A program made the translations under genes and the position numbers. Positions 20,901 to 30,933 of a DNA stretch of 64,000 nt are shown here, piece after piece. Where the stretch lies: NCBI GenBank assembly GCA_000165345.1, contig CM000431.1:640001-704000 (forward strand), read 5' to 3'. The first letter of the stretch is position 1, and each line of letters begins with the position of its first letter. The notes under the pieces are model-generated. The model was given only the letters and a program-made list of their open reading frames with translations, had not been told where the DNA came from and searched no databases.

Positions 20901-21523
20901 CTATAATAAGCAACATAAGAAGCGATAACTTTGAAAAATCTAAAATTGAAGCAATCAAATCACGTGAGCTTTGCCAAACAAATATTATTGTAATACAATT
21001 AATCATTTCATGCACTGAATTTGCAATTAAAGTTCTAGAAGACAAATTAATTCCATTGATTACAGAATTTATTGAATTTATTTTTTCAAGCCATGAAGCC
21101 ATTACACTTATGGATGATAGAGAGTCAGAATTAAATTCGGAATTTCAAAAAATGTGTATATCTACATTAGAAGTTCTCTACTATTTCACCAAATTTTACC
21201 TTAAATTGAATTCAGCTGAAATCAAGTTTGAAACGTTAAACAACATAGTAAACTTACTAATATCTCCAATTAATTCGTTCCTTTCAGTTAAATGGAGAAT
21301 TGTTGTCTCAAAAACCATATTTCATATATATTTTAAATTCCCATGTATTATTAATTCCAAGTTAATCGTTCAAAGTAAAAACTATAACACAACATGCCTA
21401 AAAGAAATAGTTATCATGATTAAATTAGCGGAAAATAACTTAACTGCAATTTTTAACAATATTAGTATTATTTCTGAAACTCGAGGAGAATTTAATTTAA
21501 AGTTGAAAATTAACAAATTTTAG
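17918..21523 (+). CDS. Large hypothetical protein, 1201 aa, Asn/Ile/Leu-rich, probably helical-repeat.
   Basis: 3.6-kb uninterrupted ORF. Confidence 0.7.
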   Translation: MSNNTFEEVPIRGTIKLLHDKLSLLFRLSILESTEILLEIDESISKCDGYCISSCAEVIVPPIIMAIHNCIRNKLHPTNELSGSNHNKNLNTKSSLQLEELLKILLNVLQKMNSKTSKIIFSRISNAFFDILYVITEVLRIFIYERNEFIIEYSIKIAHLDFNIFWEYWEHKNTNTNINQHLIIPVIIQFLLSIAIPSKNEFNYSKETQTLALKLLSEIPGIIENNDLLIKVYPGVIQRLSIQLINSIEKGSSKKLIELSLFAIIEWISNCLSNLNHETKNICSNMENIKNTAKILNYIIKYKTLELNLDCSYKSGNINYLNDSVCMLKVKSLFASITRMCFTDLFDIFYDSFDELLITSLDFLISLKSEGNYNNPLIDNVLNSISKNQSNRKMRSFFSNYSRKFGINFDQSNTEKFTSVELNEENNLTDFIRKLTLYIGFHKTENQFFKHIISTFCAEKAFNFFLIILISNLNLTMYEKSIKDSKKNFSFNFKNRSLNKENYILKAIDLTERTSNNIFQNYSYNIPNKNESIISNDKLEAFQLYGDLFTLTFFNIKRFGFEKSKMISSLFIKSISISILDLNYEKMECKYILQCITQHFVKLCNSERDKHIPLQHFILYILVCNATQLILNQSVFGNPLYNELPNFETKNLPNIIISWFNFAIEELSIELIQESMSNYTEINRNILLILLGNLLLIARNIGLDGEIFIKKLNKVITQLISLYGYGSPITKKIAAYILNQIFLMLGYSSYKFSINTIINEYSLEIIRSLEIMYYKGYSEEKVDLILTALQHCKLGFILELSDLIEKFNDININNNPWIFEFIAIITKRIANCILTYWDNFSFHKIFKNAQISAFKQKLESFQTLNTTIKEIYYEYFLDYITSQENDIPNFYPTQNFINSIKSQNIDHLDLFEQELLEEIDISNEISKIRKVIERMINIIYSYTSESDEKNFSIQDHRYLSTYSLLNCIFILSTETTCLFPYANMIIPGIINQWMAIISNIRSDNFEKSKIEAIKSRELCQTNIIVIQLIISCTEFAIKVLEDKLIPLITEFIEFIFSSHEAITLMDDRESELNSEFQKMCISTLEVLYYFTKFYLKLNSAEIKFETLNNIVNLLISPINSFLSVKWRIVVSKTIFHIYFKFPCIINSKLIVQSKNYNTTCLKEIVIMIKLAENNLTAIFNNISIISETRGEFNLKLKINKF

Positions 21524-21603
21524 CGGGATTCTGCTACATGCGATTTTTCTTCAAAAAATAATCAACACCAAGATAAGAACCAAAGGATAAATAAACTAAT
21601 CAA

Positions 21604-22179
21604 ATGGATGCCAATAATATTGTTCCTGAAAATATAAAGCATATTCAACAACAAAGTCTTAACCCCACAACAACGCTTAATAAAAAATTAATATTTTCAA
21701 GTAACGAAAGGAATAATCTTTGGGACTTGTTTTCTAGTAATTTTTTATTATTTAAATTTTACCCATCAGGAAATGAAATTGAGGAAGAGCTCAAATCAAT
21801 CCATGAAATGATAAAAGTTTTCGAAAACTGGAAGTCACTGATTTCGACAAAGAAAATGTCCTTATTTGATTTTTGTAAAACTATTGAAAAATTCACATTT
21901 CATACAGAAACGCAAGATTACCGTTTGAGAACGGTATTTAACTACAAATCAATCAAAAGTGGGATGCATTCTAATATGAGCAATTACGAGTTTAGACCAA
22001 TCAGTTCAAAAGAGCATACTGATCAAAGAAATATAGTCGGCGATCAAAATGATGATTCAAAATCCATTAATTCCAATCAGAACTTAGACACTAGTTGTGG
22101 AATTGAGGAAAAGCTAAAGGCTAAAAGAGAACTGGCTTTGAAAAGAAGGAAACTACTTTTAACTAATAAAGTATTGTGA
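21604..22179 (+). CDS. Hypothetical protein, 191 aa, with a basic C-terminus (KLKAKRELALKRRK).
   Basis: ORF with an ATG; no confident homology. Confidence 0.45.
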   Translation: MDANNIVPENIKHIQQQSLNPTTTLNKKLIFSSNERNNLWDLFSSNFLLFKFYPSGNEIEEELKSIHEMIKVFENWKSLISTKKMSLFDFCKTIEKFTFHTETQDYRLRTVFNYKSIKSGMHSNMSNYEFRPISSKEHTDQRNIVGDQNDDSKSINSNQNLDTSCGIEEKLKAKRELALKRRKLLLTNKVL

Positions 22180-22344
22180 CTTAGTTTATCTTCGTAATTA
22201 CTAGATCATTTACTACTTCTAGACTTCAAGAATATGTTAGTAGATTCTGCAATTATTTATATATTTGGCAAAAAATATTAATACCATTATACCAATTAAT
22301 GTCTTAAAATTTGTTTTATACCACCGCTTATATTCACTAGACAT

Positions 22345-22413
22345 GACGCCCTGATGATCGATGTAATAATTGAAACAAAAAACAATAGTTACGTTGTTCC
22401 TGATTTTGGCGTT
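22345..22413 (+). ncRNA. Candidate box C/D snoRNA-like element (weak).
   Basis: GACGCC-cTGATGA(C box)...41 nt...CTGA(D box)-tttt-GGCGTT; the terminal 6-bp stem (one G-U) flanks the boxes. It lies 36 bp upstream of the RPB1 ATG. Confidence 0.15.
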
Positions 22414-22448
22414 GAGGTCATATTTAAAGGCGAATTATCCAGGAAATT

Positions 22449-25400
22449 ATGTCCACAGCATTGGAGTTGAACTCTCCATTTAGCAGTAAAGAGTTAAAAA
22501 GAGTATTTAGTATCGAATTTGGCGTCCTTTCACCCGAACTAATACGTAAGTATTCCGTACTCGAGATTAAAGTATCAGATATTTATGAAAATGGAAGACC
22601 TAAATCAGGTGGGCTTAACGACCCATTGTTGGGCACAACAGACTATCATATTCTTTGCGAAACTTGTCATATGGATATAAAAACATGTCCTGGCCACTTT
22701 GCGCATATTGAGCTTGGAAAGCCCATGTTTCATATCGGATTTATTACTACAGTACTTAAGCTTCTCAGATGCGTGTGCTATGCATGCTCTAAGTTATTCG
22801 TTGATACATTAGATCCCAAGTTTAAACAAATAAAACGCATTAAGAATCCAAGACTTAGATTGAAGAAAATTCTAGAAATGAGAAGCTCTTCATCCAGATG
22901 TATAATTTCTAGTGATGGTTCTGGATGCGGGTTTGTCCAACCAACCTATTCGAAAGAAGGATATAATTTGTATATTAATCAAAATCAAGATGAAAACAGA
23001 ATTATTGACGATGAAAGTGTTGATTCGAAGAGGTTGCTAGCCGCAGAAGAGGTACTTACAATTTTTAAAAGGATATCTCACGATGACATGAAGATTCTTG
23101 GATTTGATCCTGTAAAATGTAATCCTTCTTGGTTTATTAATACGGTAATACCGATTCCTCCTCCAGCTGTTAGACCATACGTTCAATTCGGAAGCGATCG
23201 GAGCGAAGATGATTTGACTTTAAAACTACAACAAATAATCAAGTTGAATGAAAATCTTAAAAAACAGATTCGTATTGGGTCTCCTGAACATATTATTAGT
23301 GAAATGTCAACTGTACTTCAATATCATTTAATTACACTTATTAATAACGACTTACCTGGTTTGCCTCAATCTAGAACAAGGAGTAACAGGCCAATCAAAT
23401 CTCTCAGAGCACGTCTAAAAGGCAAGGATGGTCGCATACGCGGTAACTTAATGGGTAAAAGGGTAGATTTCTCTGCAAGAACAGTAATAACAGGCGATCC
23501 TAACTTAGCTGTCGACCAAGTTGGAGTTCCATATTCTATTGCTATGACACTTACTTATCCTGAAGTTGTTACACCATATAATATAGAAGAGCTAAAGGAG
23601 TTGGTGCAAAGAGGACCGCATGAATGGCCAGGAGCAACTAGTATTATTCAGGAGGACGGAACAAAGGTTGACCTAAGGTTTTCAAATACCTCAAATAATT
23701 CGAATAATATTCTTCAATATGGATGGAAGGTTGAAAGGCATATGAAGAATGATGATCTAGTGCTCTTCAACAGGCAGCCTAGTCTACATAAGATGAGTAT
23801 TATGGGTCATCGTGTAAAAATTTTACCTTATTCTACATTTAGACTTAATCTTTCGGTAACTTCGCCATATAATGCAGACTTTGATGGAGATGAAATGAAC
23901 CTTCACCTGGCGCAATCGCATGAGACCCGATCTGAAATCAAAAACTTGATGATGGTTCCGAGACAAATAGTTTCTCCTCAAGGTAACAAACCCGTAATAG
24001 GCATAGTTCAGGATTCATTACTTGGAATTTTTCTTCTAACGAGAAAATCAACCTTTTTAACTAGAGATAAATTTTTACAGCTCTTATTATGTATTCCTTA
24101 TTGGAACGGAAACATCCCTCCTCCTGCAATACTTAGGCCTCAGCCTTTATGGACTGGGAAACAGATTATTACAGTGCTACTTGCATTTACAACAGACTTG
24201 GGTGAGCCAATTGAATTGAATTTAATGCGAGATGGTAGTATTGTATCGATTAAGCAATCTAATAACTCTTCTAATACAGATAAAGATGATTCTAAAGAAG
24301 CTATAGTTAACAATCCTTGGATATCAGAGCTGGATAATCAAGTAATAATCCAGAAGGGAGAGCATATTTGCGGAGTACTCACAAAAAAAATTGCAGGGTC
24401 TTCTTCAGGTTCACTAATTCACATTTTATGGAATGAAATTGGCCCAGAAAAAACTGGATTGTTTTTGACGTATACTCAGATGGTAGTTAATACATGGCTT
24501 CTTGAGCACGGCTTCACTGTAGGATGTCAGGACATTCAACCACAAAATTATACCTTGGAAAAAATAATGAACTCTTTAGAAGGCTCAAAGTTACAAGTTC
24601 AACAAATTATCAGGCGCGCTCAGAAAGGTAAACTTGATTGTCAGCCAGGTAAGAGCCTAATTGAATCTTTTGAGGCTCAAGTTAATCAGGAATTGAATAG
24701 TGCGCGTGAGTTGTCTGGTACGATTGCAACTGAGAACCTCGATTCTTCTAAAAACAATATTGTTGCAATGGTCCAATGTGGAAGCAAAGGGTCAACTATA
24801 AATATTTCACAGATTATGGCATGCGTTGGGCAGCAAAATGTCGAAGGTAAACGTATTCCATTTGGGTTTAGGGATAGAAGCTTGCCACATTTTTTGAAAT
24901 ATGATTATGGGCCTGAAAGTCGTGGTTTTGTTTCGAACTCATATCTTTCAGGTCTTACACCCCAGGAAGTTTTTTTTCATGCTATGGGAGGCAGAGAAGG
25001 AATCATTGATACTGCTTGTAAAACTTCAGAAACAGGGTATATACAAAGAAGGCTAATAAAGGCAATGGAAGATTGTATGGTACAGTATGATAGAACTGTT
25101 AGGAATAGTAATGGCGACATTATTCAATTTCTTTATGGAGAAGATGGAATGGCAGGAGAGTTTATTGAGGACCAAGTTATCGAACTACTACAGATGGAGG
25201 CAGCAGTGTTCCAGCACAAGTATCGTCACAATCTTGAACATCCGAGATGGGGTTCTAGCTGGGCTGGTGTCCAACCTTCCTTGATAAAAAATCTACAATT
25301 TGATCTAGAATCTCAGAATATACTGAACTCCGAGTATAAACAACTTGTAACAGACCGCGAGCAGCTTGGGAAAGACATTTTCCCAGATGGTGAAACAAGA

Positions 25401-28136
25401 CAACATCTTCCGATTAATATCAATAGAATAATTCAAATGGCTCAACAAAAGTTTCCACAAAGGGTAAGTGATACGTCATCGAGCAAGGATTGGGGGCCAG
25501 TTTACATCATAAAAAAGGTTGAATCATTGCTTGATAAACTATTGCTTTGGAAGAACGTCGGGATTATCAATGATGAAGGCAATAAATCTAATTTTGTATT
25601 TGATAGTATTATTGCTGAAGTTCAAAAGAATGCCACAACTTTGCTAGGGATACATATTAGAAGCTCTTTAGCTAGTAAAAAAATATTAGAGGTTGATAGG
25701 CTTGGACCAACTGCATTTGAGTGGATACTTGGGGAAATTGAACATCAGTTTTATAGAAGTCTTGCACACTCCGGTGAGATGGTTGGCACTATAGCAGCAC
25801 AGTCAATTGGAGAACCTGCAACGCAAATGACATTAAATACCTTCCACTTTGCTGGTGTGGGCTCAAAAAATGTAACTCTCGGTGTTCCAAGGCTGAGAGA
25901 GCTAATTAATGTTGCAAAAAATGTTAGAACACCAACCTTAACTGTTTATCTTGAAAGCGGGATTGCAAACGACCAAGAACAGGCAAAAGATGTATTAACA
26001 TTATTAGAACATACGATGCTACAAAACATTACGACTATTGCGCACATTTTATATGACCCAGAACAAGACAAGACTATTGTCGAAGCAGATAAGAGTTGGG
26101 TTAGTGATTATTATGAATTTCCGGATGATGCGGATATTACAAGCAGACTTGGTACTTGGCTATTAAGAATTCAGTTGAATAACAAGCTTGTTACTGACAA
26201 AAAACTGTCAATGAAAGAAATTGGTGACAAAATTTTAATGGAATTTAGTAAAGATGAGTTGGATTGTATTTGGACTGACGATAACTCAGATGAGCTTGTA
26301 TTAAGACTCCGAATTAAAAACATTGAACCTACCAATAATATTCGCGATAATATACATTCTTCTGAAGAAAACGACTCGATTTCTCCCTCAATTACGTCAG
26401 GAGTTGAAGAGCATAAATTCCTGGAAAAACTAATGACGGAATGTCTTTCTCAAATTACCCTTAGAGGGATAAACAATATTAAGAAGGTTTATATGAAAGA
26501 GGAACAGGTTTCTAGATATGATAGTGTTAGTCAGAAAATGGTGAGAGACAACCAATGGGTGCTTGACACAGATGGGTGTAATCTTGAAGCAGTGCTTTGC
26601 CACACAGCAATAGATAGTACAAGAACAATCTCAAACGATATAACTGAAGTCTTTAGTGTATTAGGGATCGAAGCCGTAAGAAGAGCTCTTCTTAGAGAGT
26701 TGAGAACAGTAATTTCATTTGATGGAAGTTATGTAAACTATAGGCACTTAGCACTACTCTGCGATAATATGACTCAAAAGGGCCACTTAATGAGTATAAC
26801 AAGACATGGTATCAATAGAGTTGATAAGGGCCCGCTTCAAAAGTGCAGTTTTGAAGAGACAGTTGAAGTCTTAATGGATGCTGCTATGTTTGGAGAAACT
26901 GATTATCTTAATGGCGTAAGCGAAAATGTTATGCTTGGGCAGCTTGCTCCATATGGAACTGCATGCTTTGACGTCCTAATTGACCCTGATAAACTTAGGG
27001 ATACTGCTACTCATCTTGAAATTCATGGAGAATTTGCCAAACTCGGGAAATTCTCTACGCTTTCTCAAACAACAAGATCTTATTCCGACAGCGGGGCATT
27101 TGAATCGGATTCTTTTGAATCTCCAATGTCGCCTCTTTCTCCAATGTCTCCGCTTTACCAATCTTATGAACCAATGTCCCCTATGATTTCTGGTCAATTT
27201 TCTCCTGTTCAAATGACTCCAAGATCGCCAATGAGTCCAGTTTCACCAGGAGGGATATTCAGCCCAGTTCCATATTCTCCTATGAGTCCATCCTCACCAC
27301 TTATGGATTACACACCAACTTCTCCCATCTATGCAGCAAGTAGCCCAACATACAATACAGAGGTTTCTGAAAGGGCTAGAAAAAAGTATAAGGTTAACAA
27401 TACACTTAGCTCATACTCACCATCTTCACCATTAAATTCAGACAACAAAATAAGTAACATAAGTCCAGATTTATCACCAACATCACCGCATTATTCACCA
27501 ACATCTCCACATTATTCACCAACATCTCCACATTATTCACCAACATCACCACACTATTCACCAACATCACCACATTATTCACCAACGTCACCACATTATT
27601 CACCAACGTCACCACATTATTCACCAACGTCACCACATTATTCACCAACATCACCACATTATTCACCAACATCTCCACATTATTCTCCAACATCACCACA
27701 TTATTCGCCAACATCTCCACATTATTCTCCAACATCGCCTCACTACTCTCCTACCTCGCCACATTATTCACCAACATCACCGCATTACTCTCCAACATCA
27801 CCACACTATTCTCCATCATCACCGCATTATTCTCCAACTTCGCCTCAATACTCACCCACATCACCCAACTACAACCCCGCATCGCCAAATTATTCTCCCA
27901 CCTCACACTACTCTCCTACCTCGCCAAATTACAATCCTACCTCTCCGAATTATTCTCCATCTTCACCCAATTATATTTCAAATAACTCTGGCTCTCCTGG
28001 GTACTCGCCATCGTCACCTCAATATGATCCTATAGCGGTTGCTTCAGTCCCTAGATCTCCATCGTATTCTGTTGGAAAAATGGTAGACGCTGAATATTCA
28101 CCGTCTTCCCCTCTAGACGAAACAAAGAATTCATAA
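22449..28136 (+). CDS. RPB1: DNA-directed RNA polymerase II largest subunit RPB1, 1895 aa, intronless.
   Basis: All conserved RPB1 regions are present (zinc-binding N-terminus, NADFDGDEMN active site, bridge helix, trigger loop) plus a long C-terminal heptad domain. Confidence 0.97.
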   Translation: MSTALELNSPFSSKELKRVFSIEFGVLSPELIRKYSVLEIKVSDIYENGRPKSGGLNDPLLGTTDYHILCETCHMDIKTCPGHFAHIELGKPMFHIGFITTVLKLLRCVCYACSKLFVDTLDPKFKQIKRIKNPRLRLKKILEMRSSSSRCIISSDGSGCGFVQPTYSKEGYNLYINQNQDENRIIDDESVDSKRLLAAEEVLTIFKRISHDDMKILGFDPVKCNPSWFINTVIPIPPPAVRPYVQFGSDRSEDDLTLKLQQIIKLNENLKKQIRIGSPEHIISEMSTVLQYHLITLINNDLPGLPQSRTRSNRPIKSLRARLKGKDGRIRGNLMGKRVDFSARTVITGDPNLAVDQVGVPYSIAMTLTYPEVVTPYNIEELKELVQRGPHEWPGATSIIQEDGTKVDLRFSNTSNNSNNILQYGWKVERHMKNDDLVLFNRQPSLHKMSIMGHRVKILPYSTFRLNLSVTSPYNADFDGDEMNLHLAQSHETRSEIKNLMMVPRQIVSPQGNKPVIGIVQDSLLGIFLLTRKSTFLTRDKFLQLLLCIPYWNGNIPPPAILRPQPLWTGKQIITVLLAFTTDLGEPIELNLMRDGSIVSIKQSNNSSNTDKDDSKEAIVNNPWISELDNQVIIQKGEHICGVLTKKIAGSSSGSLIHILWNEIGPEKTGLFLTYTQMVVNTWLLEHGFTVGCQDIQPQNYTLEKIMNSLEGSKLQVQQIIRRAQKGKLDCQPGKSLIESFEAQVNQELNSARELSGTIATENLDSSKNNIVAMVQCGSKGSTINISQIMACVGQQNVEGKRIPFGFRDRSLPHFLKYDYGPESRGFVSNSYLSGLTPQEVFFHAMGGREGIIDTACKTSETGYIQRRLIKAMEDCMVQYDRTVRNSNGDIIQFLYGEDGMAGEFIEDQVIELLQMEAAVFQHKYRHNLEHPRWGSSWAGVQPSLIKNLQFDLESQNILNSEYKQLVTDREQLGKDIFPDGETRQHLPININRIIQMAQQKFPQRVSDTSSSKDWGPVYIIKKVESLLDKLLLWKNVGIINDEGNKSNFVFDSIIAEVQKNATTLLGIHIRSSLASKKILEVDRLGPTAFEWILGEIEHQFYRSLAHSGEMVGTIAAQSIGEPATQMTLNTFHFAGVGSKNVTLGVPRLRELINVAKNVRTPTLTVYLESGIANDQEQAKDVLTLLEHTMLQNITTIAHILYDPEQDKTIVEADKSWVSDYYEFPDDADITSRLGTWLLRIQLNNKLVTDKKLSMKEIGDKILMEFSKDELDCIWTDDNSDELVLRLRIKNIEPTNNIRDNIHSSEENDSISPSITSGVEEHKFLEKLMTECLSQITLRGINNIKKVYMKEEQVSRYDSVSQKMVRDNQWVLDTDGCNLEAVLCHTAIDSTRTISNDITEVFSVLGIEAVRRALLRELRTVISFDGSYVNYRHLALLCDNMTQKGHLMSITRHGINRVDKGPLQKCSFEETVEVLMDAAMFGETDYLNGVSENVMLGQLAPYGTACFDVLIDPDKLRDTATHLEIHGEFAKLGKFSTLSQTTRSYSDSGAFESDSFESPMSPLSPMSPLYQSYEPMSPMISGQFSPVQMTPRSPMSPVSPGGIFSPVPYSPMSPSSPLMDYTPTSPIYAASSPTYNTEVSERARKKYKVNNTLSSYSPSSPLNSDNKISNISPDLSPTSPHYSPTSPHYSPTSPHYSPTSPHYSPTSPHYSPTSPHYSPTSPHYSPTSPHYSPTSPHYSPTSPHYSPTSPHYSPTSPHYSPTSPHYSPTSPHYSPTSPHYSPTSPHYSPSSPHYSPTSPQYSPTSPNYNPASPNYSPTSHYSPTSPNYNPTSPNYSPSSPNYISNNSGSPGYSPSSPQYDPIAVASVPRSPSYSVGKMVDAEYSPSSPLDETKNS
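27474..27990 (+). repeat. 21-bp tandem coding repeats specifying the RPB1 CTD: about 17 consecutive YSPTSPH heptads, then about 8 degenerate ones (YSPTSPQ, YSPTSPN, YNPASPN, YNPTSPN...).
   Basis: Units are tcaccaacatc(a/t)cc(a/g)ca(t/c)tat with synonymous third-position variation between copies; proximal degenerate SP-rich repeats start near 27118. Confidence 0.9.
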
Positions 28137-28173
28137 ATTACGAAGTAATATATAATTAGGAAACTATAAGTAG

Positions 28174-30933
28174 CTAAGAAATTAATAATTTATTTTCTTG
28201 AATAATATGTTCCGTTATCCATGCTCTTTGACTAGTATTAATAATTTTTTTTTGAACAGCTTGCTCTAAAGCATTTTGAACTGAGAGCGATACTGTATTT
28301 TCAATTTTCTCCGAACAAATAACTGGAATTTTCCCAGATTGTTCAATTATGAGTTTGCATTTGTTTATTATTCTAGGCTCTCCGTCAACTTGAAAAGGGA
28401 GTTGTCTAGGAATATATACGACTATATGGCTACCTTGGCACAACTTAATTGGCTCTGTGAGCCCAACTTGTAGTTGGGTTAAATGAAAAAGAGATCTAAT
28501 ACCTACAACTTCTATTAGCCCATCATCAATCTTTTGCAACTGGAACTTATTAATTCCAAACTTAGTGGGCTCATCATTTATTTCTAAGTTATTTAATTTG
28601 GGGGACAAAGATAACCCTTGTTTAAAGGCTTTAGAAAACCATGATTTGAGTAAATTAGTCGATCTCTTCCTTCCTTCTCTCAATTCTAATCGAGTATTAT
28701 CTGTTTCATCGCATTCTGAAAATTCTGAATTCGAGCAAGATAAGTATCCAGAATTCTTGAAATTATCTATTGAAAATGACATTGATCTATCTGACAAGCC
28801 TTTCCCCATTTTTCTGCTAGTTAAAGTGGTAGTCCTTCTAATTGTATTGGTATCTCTATTTTTGCGTGGTTTTTTAAAAAATTGATTTGAAATTTTCCAA
28901 AGATTTACTCCGCCTGAAAAACTAGGAATATTACAAATAATGAGGCCTTCAAGCCTATTTTCTCTTGAATTAAAATTATTATGAATTTCAGTGATAGATT
29001 TATTATTTACTTTATTTTTAATGGAGTTCCCAAGCCCAAAAATGTCTGCAGCTGGAATTAAGAACCAATTAATATATTTTTTAATAATAAAATTATAAAT
29101 ATTCATTAAATGATGATATCCTTGAAAATAATCGTCATTTATTGATCTGTTTCCTAGTAAGTTTATGGACTCTTCGCTTTTGCTTGAAAAAGACCCTCCT
29201 ACTTGATTTGAAATAGAAACCTCCTTTCCATCACAAAGTATTTTTAAACCATCTAATTGAATGCTTTTGTTAAAGAAATCTCTAAATCCTACTTCACCAT
29301 AAACTAGTTGGTTTCCAAGCCTGCTTTTGAAGTGTTGAGGATATGCTTCTCTTAAGTTATGGAACTTTAATGCAATTCGCGCAGCAATACCAATATCTAA
29401 ATAGTTGATAAATGTAGATGAGAACAACATATTGTGATTATCATGAGTATTATTAGAATCTCCATTTTTTAAATCCCATGCAGTACATTTCCAAATATCC
29501 ATTTGCTTAATATTCGAAGTGCATATTCTTTTTAAAAAGTTCAGAATGTCACCGTTAAACGTAACATCCCATCCCAATGTTCTGCTGAGATCATTTCCAG
29601 TCCCTAATGGAAGGACTGCAATAGGAGGGAGACTATTTGAATTTACTCCATAAATTTCTCTGCATCTATCTATTACCCATCTTACTGTTCCGTCCCCTCC
29701 ACATATAAGAATCATCAATTTTTTCATTTTTGCAAGATGCTTGAATAAATATAATGCTTCATCTGGGCCTTTTGAGCTTTGAATATCAACTACTTGAATT
29801 GGATTTAAATAAATATGTAGATTTTTTATTAATCCTTGTCCAAGGTGTCCGCCTGACTTTGTGTTTACAAATACAAGTAAAGGCTTTCCTGAATTAGTAT
29901 ATAAAAAGTCATCAAAAAACTTTAATTTTTTTTTAATTAAATTAGATTTATGGAACATCTGTATATAATGAGAAATACTTCTTTTACTTGGAGAAGATGT
30001 TAAGTTAGTTTTAATAACATCGGTGGGATTAGTATCCAAATTATTTGCTGAAACATTAATTAAACTATTTGGATTGAAAATATTTTTTTCCTCATTCTTT
30101 AAAGTAGAGAAGTTAGTACTTAGTGTTGAGTTGCCACTCTTTTCTAAGCTATGGAGTTCAAATACAAAAGAGTTTGGAGGTAAAATAATATACTTGAGCG
30201 TTCCAAAGTCGCACTGCTTCTGAGTAATTTTGTTATTCTCAGCGCATTCATCATGGTATGTTCGGTTACACCAAATGCACTTTTGTCCGTATAAGCCGAA
30301 TGGAGAGAAACAGACAGTTAGACAAATTGAACAAATAGCTCCAGAGTGTAAATTGCCTTTCATTAATACATGGCAATGAATTTTTTGTTGAGGAATTAAG
30401 CCATCTAAATTATTCGATTCATCATTATTTAAAAATGTTTTATTCTTAAATTGGATAAGTGAGCCACTTTTAATAAAATAATTCGATGAACATTCATCCT
30501 TGCAATATTCTGAGTCTGACTGCATTATACAGTGCATATGCGAAATCCGCTTACAAATCAAGCACTGCCAACCTTCATAGTTTCTCATTAATAAAAAGCG
30601 TTTTTTTATAATTCCAGAACACTTCGTACAATACTTAGGATATTCAGGAGTTTCATATAAAACCCAATTATGTCTCAATTTAATGTGCCTCAAAATACTG
30701 TTATTACTATTGTTCTTTTGTAAATAATATAATATAGCTATTGTTACAATTGAAGCAATTAATGTAGTAAATATGAGAAAATACCAATGGCCTGCTTTTA
30801 ATGCAGATATATGTCTTTTTATGATGTTTAGTGCGATTTTTATTACATTTGATGCTTCGCGGAATGGAATAAATTTATTTATAATTTCAATTACAAGTGA
30901 AAAGTAAGTTTCATATTTTGAGTAGGCTATCAT
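28174..30933 (-). CDS. Diacylglycerol kinase with C1 (cysteine-rich) domains and DAGKc/DAGKa domains.
   Basis: C1-like HCHVLMKGNLHSGAICSICLTVCFSPFGLYGQKCIWCNRTYHDEC; catalytic LVFVNTKSGGHLGQ...ILICGGDGTV...PIAVLPLGTGNDLSRTLGWD. The track starts at TTG 30945; first ATG at 30933. Confidence 0.85.
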   Translation of the reverse strand: MIAYSKYETYFSLVIEIINKFIPFREASNVIKIALNIIKRHISALKAGHWYFLIFTTLIASIVTIAILYYLQKNNSNNSILRHIKLRHNWVLYETPEYPKYCTKCSGIIKKRFLLMRNYEGWQCLICKRISHMHCIMQSDSEYCKDECSSNYFIKSGSLIQFKNKTFLNNDESNNLDGLIPQQKIHCHVLMKGNLHSGAICSICLTVCFSPFGLYGQKCIWCNRTYHDECAENNKITQKQCDFGTLKYIILPPNSFVFELHSLEKSGNSTLSTNFSTLKNEEKNIFNPNSLINVSANNLDTNPTDVIKTNLTSSPSKRSISHYIQMFHKSNLIKKKLKFFDDFLYTNSGKPLLVFVNTKSGGHLGQGLIKNLHIYLNPIQVVDIQSSKGPDEALYLFKHLAKMKKLMILICGGDGTVRWVIDRCREIYGVNSNSLPPIAVLPLGTGNDLSRTLGWDVTFNGDILNFLKRICTSNIKQMDIWKCTAWDLKNGDSNNTHDNHNMLFSSTFINYLDIGIAARIALKFHNLREAYPQHFKSRLGNQLVYGEVGFRDFFNKSIQLDGLKILCDGKEVSISNQVGGSFSSKSEESINLLGNRSINDDYFQGYHHLMNIYNFIIKKYINWFLIPAADIFGLGNSIKNKVNNKSITEIHNNFNSRENRLEGLIICNIPSFSGGVNLWKISNQFFKKPRKNRDTNTIRRTTTLTSRKMGKGLSDRSMSFSIDNFKNSGYLSCSNSEFSECDETDNTRLELREGRKRSTNLLKSWFSKAFKQGLSLSPKLNNLEINDEPTKFGINKFQLQKIDDGLIEVVGIRSLFHLTQLQVGLTEPIKLCQGSHIVVYIPRQLPFQVDGEPRIINKCKLIIEQSGKIPVICSEKIENTVSLSVQNALEQAVQKKIINTSQRAWITEHIIQENKLLIS

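Noticed and set aside
22405-22412. TTTTGGCG upstream of RPB1 as an E2F-like site
   Set aside because: It lacks the second GC of the GCGC core, and it overlaps the speculative C/D snoRNA stem; not counted in the motif tally.
26976-27212. Overlapping plus and minus short ORFs inside the RPB1 C-terminal region
   Set aside because: Alternative frames of the SP-rich degenerate CTD region; they lie inside a strongly supported gene.
27406-27735. 109-aa minus-strand ORF (MLENNVEMLANNVVMLENNVEML...)
   Set aside because: It is the antisense reading of the 21-bp RPB1 CTD heptad repeats. It is periodic only because the sense strand is, and it lies entirely inside RPB1.
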